From NCBI RefSeq assembly GCF_009914755.1, contig NC_060927.1: DNA of 64,000 nucleotides. One strand, 5' to 3'. The stretch is from the human T2T-CHM13v2.0 reference genome, Homo sapiens. Made by a program: the position numbers and the translations under genes. Under the pieces are notes generated by a model that saw nothing but the letters and a program-made list of their open reading frames with translations, was not told the origin of the DNA and ran no database searches. Below are positions 13,055 to 27,187 of this stretch, piece by piece; the first letter of the stretch is position 1; the number at the start of each line of letters is the position of its first letter.

Positions 13055-13430
13055 TATGGCAGAAAGAGGTGGTGGTCACCAAATATTTTATGTGTTTCCT
13101 ATATTCCCAATTCTCCCTTGATGTCAAGTCGGAACCATGTGACTAGTTTTGGTGGAAAGACCATTAGAAGTCACATGTGCCATTTCTGAGCCAGACAATT
13201 TAACAGCCAGCTGTCCATTCCTCTGTTCCACTCCAACAATGACCCTGATAGCTGTAAGTTCTATCTAGCTGGTGTCATTACAAGATGGAGGAAGGAAGCC
13301 TGAAGTATACTGGGCTTTATGTGAACTGGTAAGAAAAGCAGAACAACCTTTTTAGGTGTATTAAAATACCAAAATTATAGTATTCCAACTCGTAGTGGAT
13401 AGATAATTTGTGGTATAAATTAATATTAAT
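13055..13430 (+). mobile_element. Old MLT1 (I/J-type) LTR
   Basis: 'tatggcagaaag...ccatgtgactagttttgg...gaagtcacatgtgccatttctgagcc' is typical of MLT1I/J. Confidence 0.7.
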
Positions 13431-13659
13431 AATGTTTGATAGGGATTTGTCTTAAGCAACAGCATGTTGCATTTAAGAGTTTTTTAGACTCTATGTTTAC
13501 AATATTTTGAGCATTCAGTGGCAATATATTTGAGATGTCATAAGTAGTATTTTTTTAAAAATTAATTTTCTTCTAAATATGAGCTTAGCTCAAAGAGGAA
13601 TAAATAGCAAGTTTTATCTCTGACAGTTTTTAGCAAGAAGAAATAATGATAGAAATTGT

Positions 13660-13910
13660 CATTTACAAAAGCCCCTAATGTGCCAAGTTCTGTGTTAAAA
13701 ATCATCATTTAAATTGTGGATTACTCATTTAATTCTCACTTATTCCTATCATACAGAAACTATTATTGCCCCTGTTTTGGATGTGAGGAATTATAGCCTG
13801 AAAAGGGTTAAGTAAATTGTCCAAGGCTACATTGGATAGCAACTGGCAAAGTGAGGATTCAAATATGGGAATTGAATCCATTGTCAGCACTTTAAACAAA
13901 TAACTACATT
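13660..13910 (-). mobile_element. MIR SINE
   Basis: 'ctcatttaattctcac...gttaagtaaattgtccaaggctaca...ggattcaaa'. Confidence 0.8.
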
Positions 13911-14129
13911 TGACATTGGAATCAATAAAGCTATACTTTATATGGACACTGGCAATTAATTATCCTGTCTCCTGTTTATTCGTTGCCTCTTTTCACCTGG
14001 AACCTTTCTATCAACCTTAAAGCACACTCTCCAATATTGGAAACGTGCAAAAGCAATGAAAGGATACAATAACAACAAGATTTTTCTCACTCAACTTCTT
14101 GCCCCTCCCCTTTATAGCCACACATCTGG

Positions 14130-15570
14130 AAAGAGCCTCAGTCTTTCTCTCTCCACTTTTTAATGTCTGACTCAATTCTTGCCTTTATATAATGTGGCCT
14201 TTGTCCTTATTATTTAACTAATATTTTCCTGCTATGTTCAACAATAATCATATCTCTCCTTATTTCTCAGCAACACTTGTTGTGTAGATAACACCCTCCT
14301 CCCTGAAAACCTCTTCCCTTTATTGATAGCCCATGTACCTAGTTTTTCTCTCCCATGTCCTCTCTCTTCAGGATATATAGGTTAAACCTGTTCTATTTGT
14401 CATTCCGTGCTGGATTTCCTGCGAATAACTCAAGCTTAAACCTTTTTTCTCACCATTCGCCCTCTACCTAGACAAACTTATATCTACAGCTTCAGCTGCC
14501 ACCACACATTTCTCTCTTTAGCCACATTCTACTCTTAAGTTCCTACTTCGCGTCTCTCTTTTATTTCTAAAGGGGATCTCTGACTCATCATATTCCAAAT
14601 AGAACTCATCATCATCTGCCCTTACAAATGGCTATCACCTTTGATCCTGTTGAATGTACCTGAAGCCCAGCAGTCATTTTTTTTACTTCTTTATTAATGA
14701 ATTAAGTCAATTAATAGTGAATTCTACTTCTTATTCCCCGACCCCACAGTCAAATGACCATCATTTTTCATATTACCTCAAAATGTATTTTGAATCTGTC
14801 TGCTCTCCATTAATCTAGTTGAAGATGACAATGACGATAATAATGATGATGATGACAATGATGAGGATGATGATAATTGCTAACATTTATTGACTTATTG
14901 ACTACTTAGCATATGTCAGGTGCTGTAATGCTCTTATTCTAATAGACCACTTGCCGTAATCCTAATATAAACTCTTGTCATTCCTCAATTTGTCCTCTAC
15001 ACTAAAGCCAGAATGATACAGTGGTGAGAAAAATTGGTATCAAACTTCTTCCCAAACCCGTTTGATGAGTTCCACATCCTATTAGAATAAATACAAAGTC
15101 TATTAAAAGGCTGGCAAGGCTTGTAAGATTTCACCCCTGCCTACTCACTTGAGCCTTAACGCATACTGTCCCCCCACACCTCTCTCTTTGCAATACTTAT
15201 TATCCCTTTTCTTCTTTTAATTTCCTGAATGTGTCATTTGCCCTGTGTTTATTGTATTTTTCTTTCTAGAAGGTAGAATGACTATTCCCACTGGTTCAGT
15301 TAACTACTCATCACCTTTGAAATCCCTCTAGTTAGTCACAGAGTCCTCTGTCTACGTTCTACTCCCGCACCCCTATGGCTTGATCTGCTTCTACTGGTTT
15401 CTTTTTCTCTACACTAGTAACCTCACTGATTTGAGGAGATGATGTCATTAAATTTTGTCTTCTCTCACTACACTGTAAGAACCAAGAGATCCAGTAAATT
15501 TTCTTCTTTTTGCTTACCTTTCTCACAGATATCAGGATTCAATACACATCTGATAAATGAATAAAGAAAG
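14130..15570 (+). mobile_element. L2 LINE 3' portion (diverged, interrupted)
   Basis: Pyrimidine-rich L2-like blocks ('accctcctccctgaaaacctcttccc', 'tccaaatagaactcatcatc', 'cctctacactaaagccagaatgat') ending 'tcaatacacatctgataaatgaataaa'. Confidence 0.7.
14821..14876. repeat. Imperfect (GAT)n tract, probably a MIR/L2 tail
   Basis: gaagatgacaatgacgataataatgatgatgatgacaatgatgaggatgatgataa followed by 'gctaacatttattga'. Confidence 0.8.
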
Positions 15571-15872
15571 AAAAAGGAAGAAGTAAAATATACTATTCTG
15601 CAAGCCAGCTTGGACCCTTACTTTTGCTTACCATTCCCTCTACACACAGGTCCTGTGAGATATCAAGGCATCAGGTCCTGTAGATTGTATGTCTTATTAT
15701 CTCTTAGATCTGCTCCATTCCATTGTCTTACATTCAAATCCCATCAAATTTATCCAAGTGTCTGCAATAACTAGTATGGCTGCCTTGGAGGTCTTTCTTT
15801 GTTTTATCATTGCTATCACAGCTGGAGTGATTTTCCTAAATGCAGTCCAGATTTAAAATTGATAAGTGGATT

Positions 15873-16414
15873 CTATTTCAGTTACCTATTGCTGTGAAGC
15901 AGATCTCTTTAAAGCTTAGTGACTTAGGACAAAGCTTTATTATTTCTCATTGTCCCAAGGGTTGACAAAGCTCTTCTGATCAGTTCTTGCTTGGGGTCCT
16001 TTACAGGGTTGCAGTTAGATGTTGACCAGGATCATAGTCATCTGAAGGCTTCAGGAAGCTGTACAACCCAAAATGGCTCACACATGACTCACTGCTGTGG
16101 CTGGGAGCTTAGCTTAAGATGTTGACTGAATCCCCTATTGTGGCCTCTCTACGTGACTCGGGCTTCTCATACCAGAGCTTCTAGGTTCTAAGAAGAAGCA
16201 TACCAACAACTACCTCAAGAGACTGAGATAGAAGCCACAAAATGTATTGACAATGCAGCCTTAAAAGGAACATATTATAACTTTCACTATATTTTCTTTG
16301 GTTAAAAGTGAACCACTGGATTAGCTCATATTTAATAGAAAGAAACTCTAGAAGAATATTAATACTGAGAGTATGGTTCTTTTGGGGGCCATCTTTGGAG
16401 ACTAATTGCTACCA
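15873..16414 (-). mobile_element. MLT1H-type LTR
   Basis: 'cagttacctattgctgtg...aagcttagtgactta' start and 'ggggccatctttggagactaattgctacca' end. Confidence 0.8.
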
Positions 16415-17298
16415 TCTGTGTTACTTCACGTAACATACATCAATGGTATTTCCTAATCCTGCCTTTGCCTATACCTGTAGTCTTACCTTTGACCCCTATT
16501 CCAACCCCATTTATTTATACATACACTTGGCTGCATGCATTTAGTTTCCTGAGTATAGTAATAATGTAGTTTTAGGCCACCATAAAACTTTCTTATATGC
16601 TCTTCTACAAGATGTTTTGTATTTGTTTTTTATTTGCTAGGTTTTTCTAACTTTATTCATTCTTTACAATATAAATGTAGAAGCTGTCATTCTTTATGGG
16701 AAGTCTCTCTAACAGTCTTCCAGCTGTTTTCTATTCCTGTTGCAACCTGTGAATACTTGTATCATTGGACACTGTAATCATTTTAAATTACTTGAGGGCA
16801 GCGACAAACTCTTAGCCAATTTTATATGAAGAAGTCATGGCAGGTAACAGGGCAAGAAATAAATCCTTGCTGAATAACTGGATAAGAAGAAGCACTTATT
16901 TTGCTCTTAGACTAGACACATTTTTAGAGCTGCTTCTAGTAGGTTTAATTTCCAGTCTTTTGCTGTATATGTATCCCTTCATTTTATGAGCCTATGTCCT
17001 TTCTGAATGGTTCAACAATAAGCTGTGAATTACTCATAAACTACAAGGGAAGCCTGATAACTATCTATAGCACACTGCCTTGATTGCCTGACATGAAGGC
17101 TGTTCTGTATAATTTCAATAAAGATATTTAAAACTGAAGACTGTGATTCTTCACACAGTTTTGTGAAACTGCATGTCATTACATGCAAAATGGAAGTTTT
17201 GCATAATTTTCAAAAATTCTTAAAGGAAATCTATTTTCAGTTCATGTGATATAATAGTTTTCATCAAATTAATATTGAATGTCTAAAAGTATAACATT

Positions 17299-17659
17299 TG
17301 TATTAGTCTGTTCTCATGCTGTTATTAAGAACTGCCCGAGACTGAGTAATTTATAAAGGAAAAGGTTTAATTGACTCACAGTTCTGCAGGCTGGGAAGGC
17401 CTCAGGAAACTTACAATCATGGCAGAAGGGGAAGCAAACACATCCTTCATCACGTGATGGCAGGAAGGAGAAGTGCCAAGCAAAGGGGGAAAAGCCCATC
17501 AGATCTCATGAGAACTCATTCACTACCATGAGAAAAGCATGGAGGTAACCGCCCTCACGATTCAGTGACCTCCCATCAGGTCCCTCCCACGACATGTGGA
17601 GATTATGGGAACTACAATTCAAGATGAGATTTGGGTGGGGACACAGCCAAACCATTTCA
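17299..17659 (-). mobile_element. THE1C-type solo LTR
   Basis: tgtattagtctgttctc ... gccaaaccatttca; perfect TSD ACATT (17294-17298 / 17660-17664). Confidence 0.93.
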
Positions 17660-17682
17660 ACATTTCTCTGTGGTCTGATAAA

Positions 17683-17683
<1 letters not shown>

Positions 17684-17725
<42 letters not shown>

Positions 17726-17726
17726 C
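17684..17726. repeat. (TG)18(CG)3 alternating purine-pyrimidine microsatellite
   Basis: Directly visible. Confidence 0.97.
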
Positions 17727-18376
17727 ATGTGTATCACTTCTTCCATAAACCTATAGCCACATTTCCTACCATAAAAGTGACAGAAAAAAATATGCAATAT
17801 GTATTCAGCAAAAATGAAAATGATCATTTCCTATTTGATTTTTATTGTAATATAGCAATATTTAAAATAATATGTGTTTATATATAAAGTCTCAAATATT
17901 TTTGTTGTTTTTAAAATTCAATAGCTTATGAGTTTTTAATGTAATTTCACTTATACTAAAAGAAGTAGAATTGAATAGTGAATTTGAAAATAAATAATAT
18001 TATTCTGAAAAACAGAAGTGCAGATCTGTAAAAGAAATTTGTTACGCAAAGGAATGCCGACTGCAATCCTCATCCTACTATCTATACCTGATACATTAAT
18101 AAATAACAATTGGACTTAGTGCATTTCTCCAGCCACGACATTGATTTTAAAAAGTGCTCTTAGGTAGCATATGTCAATTGCTTTAATAACTATTGTTGAA
18201 GTGATCTGTGCTGATTTCTTTAGAATAAAATTAATCTTTAATTTTTTACCCACTTGAGAGAAAAATTAACTTTAAATGTTTAAATGTCACATATTTTGTT
18301 ATATAATCTCTTAAAAATGTTTCAATTTAATTGGTCTTATATGGAAAAACAAAGATGCTTGAAAGGCATCAGATTA

Positions 18377-18396
18377 AGGTCACAGGTCAGTGTTCA
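18377..18396 (+). promoter_or_regulatory. Perfect DR1 nuclear-receptor element AGGTCA-C-AGGTCA plus a third degenerate half-site
   Basis: aggtcacaggtcagtgttca in unique sequence; function inferred from the motif only. Confidence 0.5.
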
Positions 18397-20049
18397 AGCA
18401 AAATAGAGCTGGGCTACCCAATGATTTCCTGTTATTAAGCCGATAAATCAGGGAGATGTTGATAGATGTGATCGCTGGGACAGCATGTCAGTCTCATGAA
18501 AAAAGTGCTGAACAGACACAGGTAATCCATGCTGTCGGTGTCTTGAAAATAAAAATTTTAAAAAGGTCAAAGAATCGAGAAGACTATCAGTGGTGTTTAC
18601 GCATCCAAAAATGCAATTTTTTTATGATTTAACTTAAAAGACGGCTCCATAAGGCTTCATAATGAACAAAGCCGAGGAACTGTCAAAATGAATGCAATTT
18701 GTTCTAAAGGAGTACACATCAACACTCCACATCTATCCAGACTGACTCCCACGGGCATTTACAGTTCATTCCAGGCTTCCAGTCTTTTTGAGTTGTTGTT
18801 TTCTTCTATATGTAATTCAACTTGTTGTCAGCTCCTCATATTCTATTTCTGCCCTGTATCTTCAGGCCTTGTTCAAGTTCTGCCTCTTTTGAGTACCTGA
18901 GTGCTCCAACTCAACAAGCCCCTCTTCCTTGAGCCAATAGAACAATGTCTATTTAGTACGATTCATTTTGATGTGTAATGGATTCACACCTACATGATTA
19001 TTTAACAAATTATTTTTGCTTTTGACAAGTATGTTCTGAATACCTTCCTCTCAGACTCTTGTAATAAATAAATAGAATAGAATTTCTGTCTGTAAAAGAT
19101 TTACATTCTAGTGAATGATTTATAAGTTTTGGAGGTCAACACTTCCTTTGAGAGTCTGACTAGAACAACAGCCACTTTCACCAGAAAAAATATATTCACG
19201 TAAAACTTACTATAGAAAATCTGGTGAGGCGATCATATAAGGGGATAGAGGTGATGCCTTTCAGGTAACATTTGTAATAGATTTGTAAAAATAATAACCT
19301 CTTTTTCAATTAAAGAATGTTGAATGATATCTAGGGAGATACAACAAGCAACACAGGTAAAAGGAAGAAATGTAAAAAAGAATGAGACATTGAAGAAATG
19401 TTAAATTTTTTCAGGTGGCAAGAGAGAGCTATGAATGTAGGTTGCAGATGCAAGTTAGAACAAAGTGCAGATGGTCATATTTACTTGCTAAAATGTCTAG
19501 CCTGTTTTTGGAGTAGATGTCTTCCTAAGAAGATTATTATTTTTCCAGACCCTATGGATTTTAACCTTGTTTTTCTGTATCTAACTTGAAGCATCTCATG
19601 TGTAGTGTTTTGCAAGTATTAGATGTTTAATTGATAATTGACAAAGAATGGAAAAAAAGAAAGGAAGAAGGTTATAGAGTAAGTTCCTCTTCAGAGCTCT
19701 GAAAAGGATAAACAAAGACATAATTGAATTATAAATACTATACCAGGTCGATTACATGTAAGTGTATGTTATTTTAATAGGGTGATTAATTTCATGTCAT
19801 TTTACAGGAAGTGCTTTAAGTGAAAATATTTTTCTTGTAACAGCTGTTTAGTTTTATTAATGCCACTAGAGAGGAAATTATAAATATTGTAACTATAGAG
19901 TTCTAGATTTATCTTAGTTAAATGATACATTATTATATACCAGTATTTAGGTTATAATTTCCATGAGGACATAGACTATGTCTGTTTTATCCACTTAGCT
20001 GCTAGCTAACTTTCTACACATTTTAAATAATAGAATAAGACAGCATAGA

Positions 20050-21120
20050 TCATTTATTTCACACATATTTATTAAGAGATTACTAAGTGCCAGGCCCCGT
20101 TCTAAGTGGTAGAAAAGCAGTAATAAACAACAACAACAAAAGTGCCTCTTCTCAAGGAGCATATATTCAGGAAGAGGAACACGACAATAAGTAAACACAC
20201 AAATATATAGTATGTGAGACAGTGACTGTGCCATAAAAACTCAGTATGTGTCAACTGGACATTGTCACAAAAATACTATGTATCAATCACCAAAATTTCA
20301 GCTGTGCCCTGCAGCAATAAACCTCTATTTCACTCGAGTGTCTGGAATCCGCTGGAGATCAGCTGAAGTTTGAATTAGGTGGCTCCACAGGTATCAGCTG
20401 GGCTCACTCTTGCATCTGCAGATTCGAAACTGACTAAACTGAGCTGGACTCCACCCAGATGGTTAGGCTGGACTTCCTCTGCTCCATGCTGCTCTCGTCT
20501 TCCTCTTAGAATCCACAGGCTATGGGCATGTGCTTCTCATGGCAACGTCAGAAACGCAAGATAACAAGCCCAACCAAACGGTGCTTTGAACGCCCTACTT
20601 CCATCGTCAGCCTAAACAAGGAAAAGGCTGAGGAATGGGGAGGACAGTTTGCCCACCAAGATAGGAAGATGGGGAGGAAATATTTTTAAACACTAGCTAG
20701 TTGACCATGTAATATAGCACGGGGGAAAAAAAGGGGGTAATATGAGATGATAGTTCAAATAGGGTAGGCAGGACCAGGTTCACTCATAAGATGGTATTTG
20801 ACCACGGGAAAAAATAAAATAGAGAGTAAGGCATGGAAATGTCTGTGGTAAACAGGTTTAAAGCAGAGAGAAAAGTAATGTCAAAGGCTCTAGAACATGC
20901 TTGGACTGTTCAGGGACTGCTGGAAAAAAAAGTAGAACCAGATTTGAATGAGGATGAAGTGGAAGGAGAGACAATGAGGCCAAGGAGAGACACTGACCAG
21001 GTGATGTGCAGCCATGGTGAGGATGTTGGATTTTATTCTGAGCGAGATGGGAAGCCAGAAAATATTTTGACAGAAAAACTTACATTATCTGACTTTCACT
21101 TTAAAAGGATCACTCTGCCA
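20050..21120 (-). mobile_element. L2 (L2a-like) split by an MLT1 LTR
   Basis: Tail 'atatttattaagagattactaagtgccaggc' at left; 'ggattttattctgagcgagatgggaagcca...tttaaaaggatcactctg' at right. Confidence 0.8.
20245..20710 (-). mobile_element. MLT1J-type LTR nested in L2
   Basis: 'gctgggctcactcttgcatctgcag', 'gggcatgtgcttctcatggcaacgtcagaaacgcaagataacaagcccaacc'. Confidence 0.75.
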
Positions 21121-21470
21121 ATGAGGTTTGGAACCTTTTGTATTAAATATATTTCCTCATTAAAAAAAATTTCAACTAGATAGTAAATGTGTATGGGTGG
21201 GGGAGGGGGAAATGAACTGTATGTTACTTATACCTGGACCCACTAGTATTCGTAAAATACCTCTTTAATAACATGCAACTAGTTCAAACATTTTTGCTGA
21301 TTTTATTCTAAGAAGACGTGAAGTAACCTAAATGAGAAAATTCAAGAGATGTTTCATTATAATGTTAGACGTGAGATTCCCTCAGAGCATCACCATTAAG
21401 TCGAGTGCTAGAATTCTATTAGTCCCCTCACGGGGTAAAGAAAGAGTATTCCCACATGATGCTTTTGTCA

Positions 21471-21790
<320 letters not shown>

Positions 21791-22229
21791 AACTTTGCTT
21801 TATCCCAGACCCTTCCTTTTTTTATTAGTCTTCGTCTTTAACAGCTATTCCTCAATGTTGCTCTTGCCCTTTTTTCTTAAGTCTAGACTGGAGACTTTAC
21901 CATTGAAGTAATTGCTTGTAATATTGTTGTGAATGATTCAGCTGTACTCAAGCTGTTTCTCTCTTCCCTTTTTGGATTTTTATGGATCTGTCCCTGGCAG
22001 CTGAAGGGTAGAATGCTTACCGTATAGATCCATCCACCTTCCTCTCTGATGATGTCGGAAACAACACCTGTCTGTTGAAACAGTTCTCTTTTTATTGAAA
22101 AAAATAATGACATCTCCACCTACTTGCTGGACAGATTATTGCTTTGAGCTGCTGCTTATTTGAAGAAATATCTTATGGATAAAATTTAGTCACTCCTCTG
22201 TTCCTGCGCTGTACCACTGTTCAATCCAG

Positions 22230-22312
22230 GGTGATTGGGAGAGGTGGCGGCCTTTTCTGCCACTATTGGCATGAATCTACAAGCCCAGGATTTAAGGGTC
22301 TATTTATAGCTG
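22230..22312. promoter_or_regulatory. Candidate promoter/enhancer core: MEF2 site overlapping a TATA-like box, two CCAAT boxes
   Basis: CTATTTATAG 22300-22309 (TATAAATA on minus); ATTGG at 22234 and 22265. Confidence 0.4.
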
Positions 22313-22559
22313 GACAGAGGGCTAACAGTCAGGCTGAGCTACTTTAAAATAAACTTCGGAAATGACCAGATGTATCAAACAGCCACGTTCCCATGGTATC
22401 TTTACCAAACGAGATTTGATCACACCTAATTTATATTCTTGGGAAAAAATGGAAAAAAAAATGATTTTATAGAACATGTCTGGAGGCAGCAAACTCCAAG
22501 TGACATCTATCAGAGGTAATGCAGATGAATGGGGCCGAGTGGCATTGTTTGGTAGCCCA

Positions 22560-22785
22560 GATGATACCATCAAAAGAACGTGGACTTTACTGTCAGGCAG
22601 TACCAGGTTCATATTCTGGCTTATTGGACATATGACCTATAACCTTAGTCAAACTGTGTAGCCTCAGCTGTAAAATGCAAATGATCCTGTCTACTCCGTG
22701 GAGGTGTCTATGAAAATAAACCACAGGAATCATACACAGCTTCTTTTCCAGACTTGTAAAATTAGTTCTCAGTAAAGGTGAATTC
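22560..22785 (+). mobile_element. MIR SINE
   Basis: 'aagaacgtggacttt...ccaggttcatattctggct...gcctcagctgtaaaatg'. Confidence 0.65.
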
Positions 22786-23630
22786 TTCTGCTGCTGATCC
22801 TATATCATAACTATGAACCAACACCTCTATGTTTGTAAAAAGATGATGGGTAGGATTCTTTCATATTCGGTTAGACCAGGAGTTGAAAGATTAAAAAACA
22901 TATTTTTCTCGCCAATCTGTCACTTAGGAATGATAATAAGCATTGTCCATTCCAAATTATAAATCAGATGATTATAAATATTTTTATGATTAAACAGCAC
23001 CCTACTCCATGTGTAGCTTATACTCAAAGCATAAGAATATGACAGTTGCAATGCTATAGAAATAGCAAACAAGTTTTACAACAAAATACAGTATTTAAAT
23101 GTTGTATATGAAACCATAGGGAATGATCAAATTAATATTTCTGTCATTCAAAAATATGAAAGCCATTATACCTCTAGTTTCTCTGACAAGTTAACTCAAA
23201 ACTATCTTAATAACATGTCCATTTTTAAAAAAATTTTAAAAGGTAAGATCTAACTGCTCTTAATTTTTATTTTAAAATTGACACCTTTTGCTGCTGCTCA
23301 AATTTATCCACAGTCTTCAAACTTCTAGACTCTCATTCTCTTCCTTCCTCGTCATTGCTTACATTCAGTTTAATCAAATACCCCTCTTCCTGCTGTTCCT
23401 TATGTCCTACTACTAAAAAAAAATCTCCACAGGCTTTAAAAACCTTTTTTCTCTAAATTCTTCCATTTCTTTCTACATTTGTTGCAGAAACCAATGAGGG
23501 AATTTATAAATACATAGTGCAATACATTTAGCAATTTTCCTCTCACAATGAATGTCATTTCTCCATTCAAAAAACTTCTCAGCCTTTCCCCAAGTTAATT
23601 CCTCCAATCAGATAAGTAGCCGCTACTTCT

Positions 23631-24160
<530 letters not shown>

Positions 24161-24291
24161 TAAATGGACTAGCAATTTATAGTAAATGATCCCTTAACAA
24201 TTGTATAGATCCAGATATTAGTTGATTAAATGTGCATTAAACAGTTGCATACTAACCAACATTTATCCAACATCACACACTTTTTTCTCTG

Positions 24292-24573
24292 TTTTTTTTT
24301 TTTTTTTTTTGAGAGACATGCTCACTCTCTCAGCTCGGCTAGAGTGCAGTGGCATAATTACTGCAGCTTTGAATTTCTGGGCTCAAGCAATCCTCCCACC
24401 TTAACCTCCCAAGTAGCTGGGACTACAGGCCTGTCACCTCATCTGGCTAATTTATTTTCTGTAGAGTTGGGGTCTCCCTATGTTGCCCAAGTTGGCTTCC
24501 TGGCCTCAAGGGATCCTTCTGCTTTGGCCTCCCAAAATCCTGGGTTTACAGGTGTGAACCATCACATCCAGCC
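24292..24573 (-). mobile_element. AluJ
   Basis: T-tail, 'ctgggctcaagcaatcctcccacc', 'tatgttgcccaa'. Confidence 0.93.
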
Positions 24574-25319
24574 TAAGTTCACACACTGTTAACTAGAAAG
24601 TTCCTTTAAAACAGAGATATAGTAACTTCAATATCATGGTGTGTTTGTAGCATGGGAAAATGGCCTCTGCTACATTAAGATGGCCTGGTTCTCACCTGCC
24701 TTTGTAGACATCAGGCAATCCTTTCACATATCTTAACAAACTCTTTTTAAGGATCACAATATAGCATTTCCCTTAGAAATACCACATGCAAAAGCAAAGT
24801 AGGTTTGTTAATGGTATTCATGAAGCTTGATTTTAGTAGATGCTGGGAATTCTATAACGTTACAAAATGGTTCATAAAATATTGCCATCTGCTATACCAA
24901 GTAACAGTTCATTTTTACTAGTTTTAAAATGGCTGTGCTTTTATGTGTTTGGATTTTTGCCTAAACTTCAAGTTCCCTCTGAAAGTTGCTTCTGACCTCT
25001 GCCTGAGGAAATATGAAAATCTGCCTTTCCTATCTTGTTTTATAAGCTTCAGTGACAGAATGTAAATGGACTAAATACATTCTGCAAAATTTTACCATAA
25101 AAATCTTTCACATGCTGCCTGCATGGCTGGCTCTGTTTATAATATTTCCAGCTTATACTGAAGTAACCACTTGTAAAAGAAATTGCCCCAAGTACTAGTG
25201 CTGAAAGCAAACATTTATAGAGTAGTGTGCAGTCAGCAGAAGATAAAGGCTTTTATTACAACTGAGGAAAAATTTTGCAAAATAATTGATCCTGACAGAA
25301 AATACAGGATGGAATATAA

Positions 25320-25430
25320 GCTTCAGATTTGAAAATTATCTCATCCAACTACTTGCTGAGTGATGAAACTGAGACCCAGAGGAATTCAGTGACTTGCCCA
25401 GGGTCTCACCTTTAGGAACAGACAGTGTCC
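25320..25430 (-). mobile_element. MIR/MIR3 fragment
   Basis: 'gatgaaactgagacccagaggaattcagtgacttgcccaggg'. Confidence 0.75.
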
Positions 25431-26067
25431 AACTTTGGATAAAATGTCTTTGGTGGAATTCGGGTTTTAGAAGAGTTTGCATTAAGCAACCATACGGGCT
25501 CTGCTGTTTTCAATTGTTTAGACATTGGCTGAAACCAGCAAATGAGTGAATGAAGTTGGTAATTAGTGATTTGATGATATTTACTGGGCAGAGCCAAAAT
25601 AAAGAACAACAAAATACAAAGTAGCTTTTTTAAATAGAAAAAGGAGGATAAGGAGGAGCTGAAAAAGAGGAAAAGAGGGGAAAGTGAAGGAGGAGGCAAT
25701 GAGGTATCAGCACCATAAGTTATTTATTCCTACAGATTGTGTCCATCATCATTCGATATACTTGCCAATTCTTTTTGTTTCTATTCCTGAATATCTAATT
25801 AAATGATTACACATTCACTTTTCTTCTTCACTCTCCTAGAATAGTGATATCCTCCTCATATAAATTCTGAGAATACTCCTCTTTAAGAAAATGTGCTTTG
25901 TGCCTGTAATGAATTTTGAAAACTGGCCCTGCTGATGGCCTCTGGTTGAATGAGCTCTGGGTGTCCTTGGGTTCACTGCTTTTCTGTAATTTTCTCATAT
26001 AGACGTCTAAGGAGAACACTGTCATATATTTACCTAAAATGCAGGCTTCCTTTGTCATGGAAGAGGT

Positions 26068-26406
26068 TATCTTAGTCTATTGGGGTTGCTCTAACAAGAA
26101 TACCACAAACTGAGAGGTTTATAAACAACAGAAACTTTTTTCTTACAGATCTAGAGGCTGAGAAGTCCAAGATCAAGGCAGTGATAGATTCAGTGTCTGG
26201 TGAGGGCCTGTGTACTTGTTCATAAACAGTGCCTTCCAGCTGGGTCTTCCCACAGTAGAAGAGGTGATTCGGCTCTTGGGTGTCTCTTTTATAAAGGCAT
26301 GCATCCCAATATCTTTCTAAAGGTACCACCTCCCAATACCAAGACCATGAAGGTTAGAATTTGGGCATACATATTTTGGGTGGACCCAAACATTCAGATT
26401 ATAGCA
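26068..26406 (-). mobile_element. MLT1A-type LTR
   Basis: 'cttagtctattggggttgctctaacaagaataccacaaactg...gaagtccaagatcaagg...aaacattcagattatagca'. Confidence 0.88.
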
Positions 26407-27187
26407 AAGATAATATTTTCACCTGATAGAAATATCAATATCCTACTGAAACATTCTCAATAAGAACAGATGTTAAAGCAGATTTATTGGTTATCACAAG
26501 AGTCTTACAACTTTTCAATTTTTGATTCAGGGGATATGGCAACACATTATTGAAAATATAAATTTTATAGAGATTGTATGGAGTTATTAAATATCTCAAA
26601 TAGCCCCAGCCAATTCATTTTGTTCAGTGCTGTGTGCCTAGATGAATCATCTTCACTTTTGACTAGCCATACCCAGTGATAGGAGATATGAGCAAGGAAA
26701 TGCGTCTCAATGACCTGAAAGTTTTCACTTTGTGATGTCGCGGTTTTTGAAATTGATGTTGGCTCAGAGGCATCTTTTTTAAATGTGAACACTCAAGCTG
26801 GGTCTCAAACATTAGTATGTATTAGTTTAAGTAGACTGCTTTCTTCATTGGACATAAATGATATCATCTGTATTGAGTAAATGGAAATTGTAATTGCGGG
26901 AGGGAAAAAGAAAGTAATGAAAAACTAGGGAAAGAAACCATTTTGAAATTGAATTTCCTCCAGGGATATAGAAGCCAGAGGAGGCATCACTGTGTTGGAA
27001 GGTTAGGGTAGCAAGAAGACACTGAGCAACTGGAACATGAGAAGATAATGTGCATAGTTATAGCACATTCATTGTATAGACATCTGTGTCTTGATATAAT
27101 TTACTGCATGGTCAATGCATATCTCAATAAATGAATGAGGACAATATGAATGAATCAAAGCTTATACCACTGTAGCTATGCGGAAGC

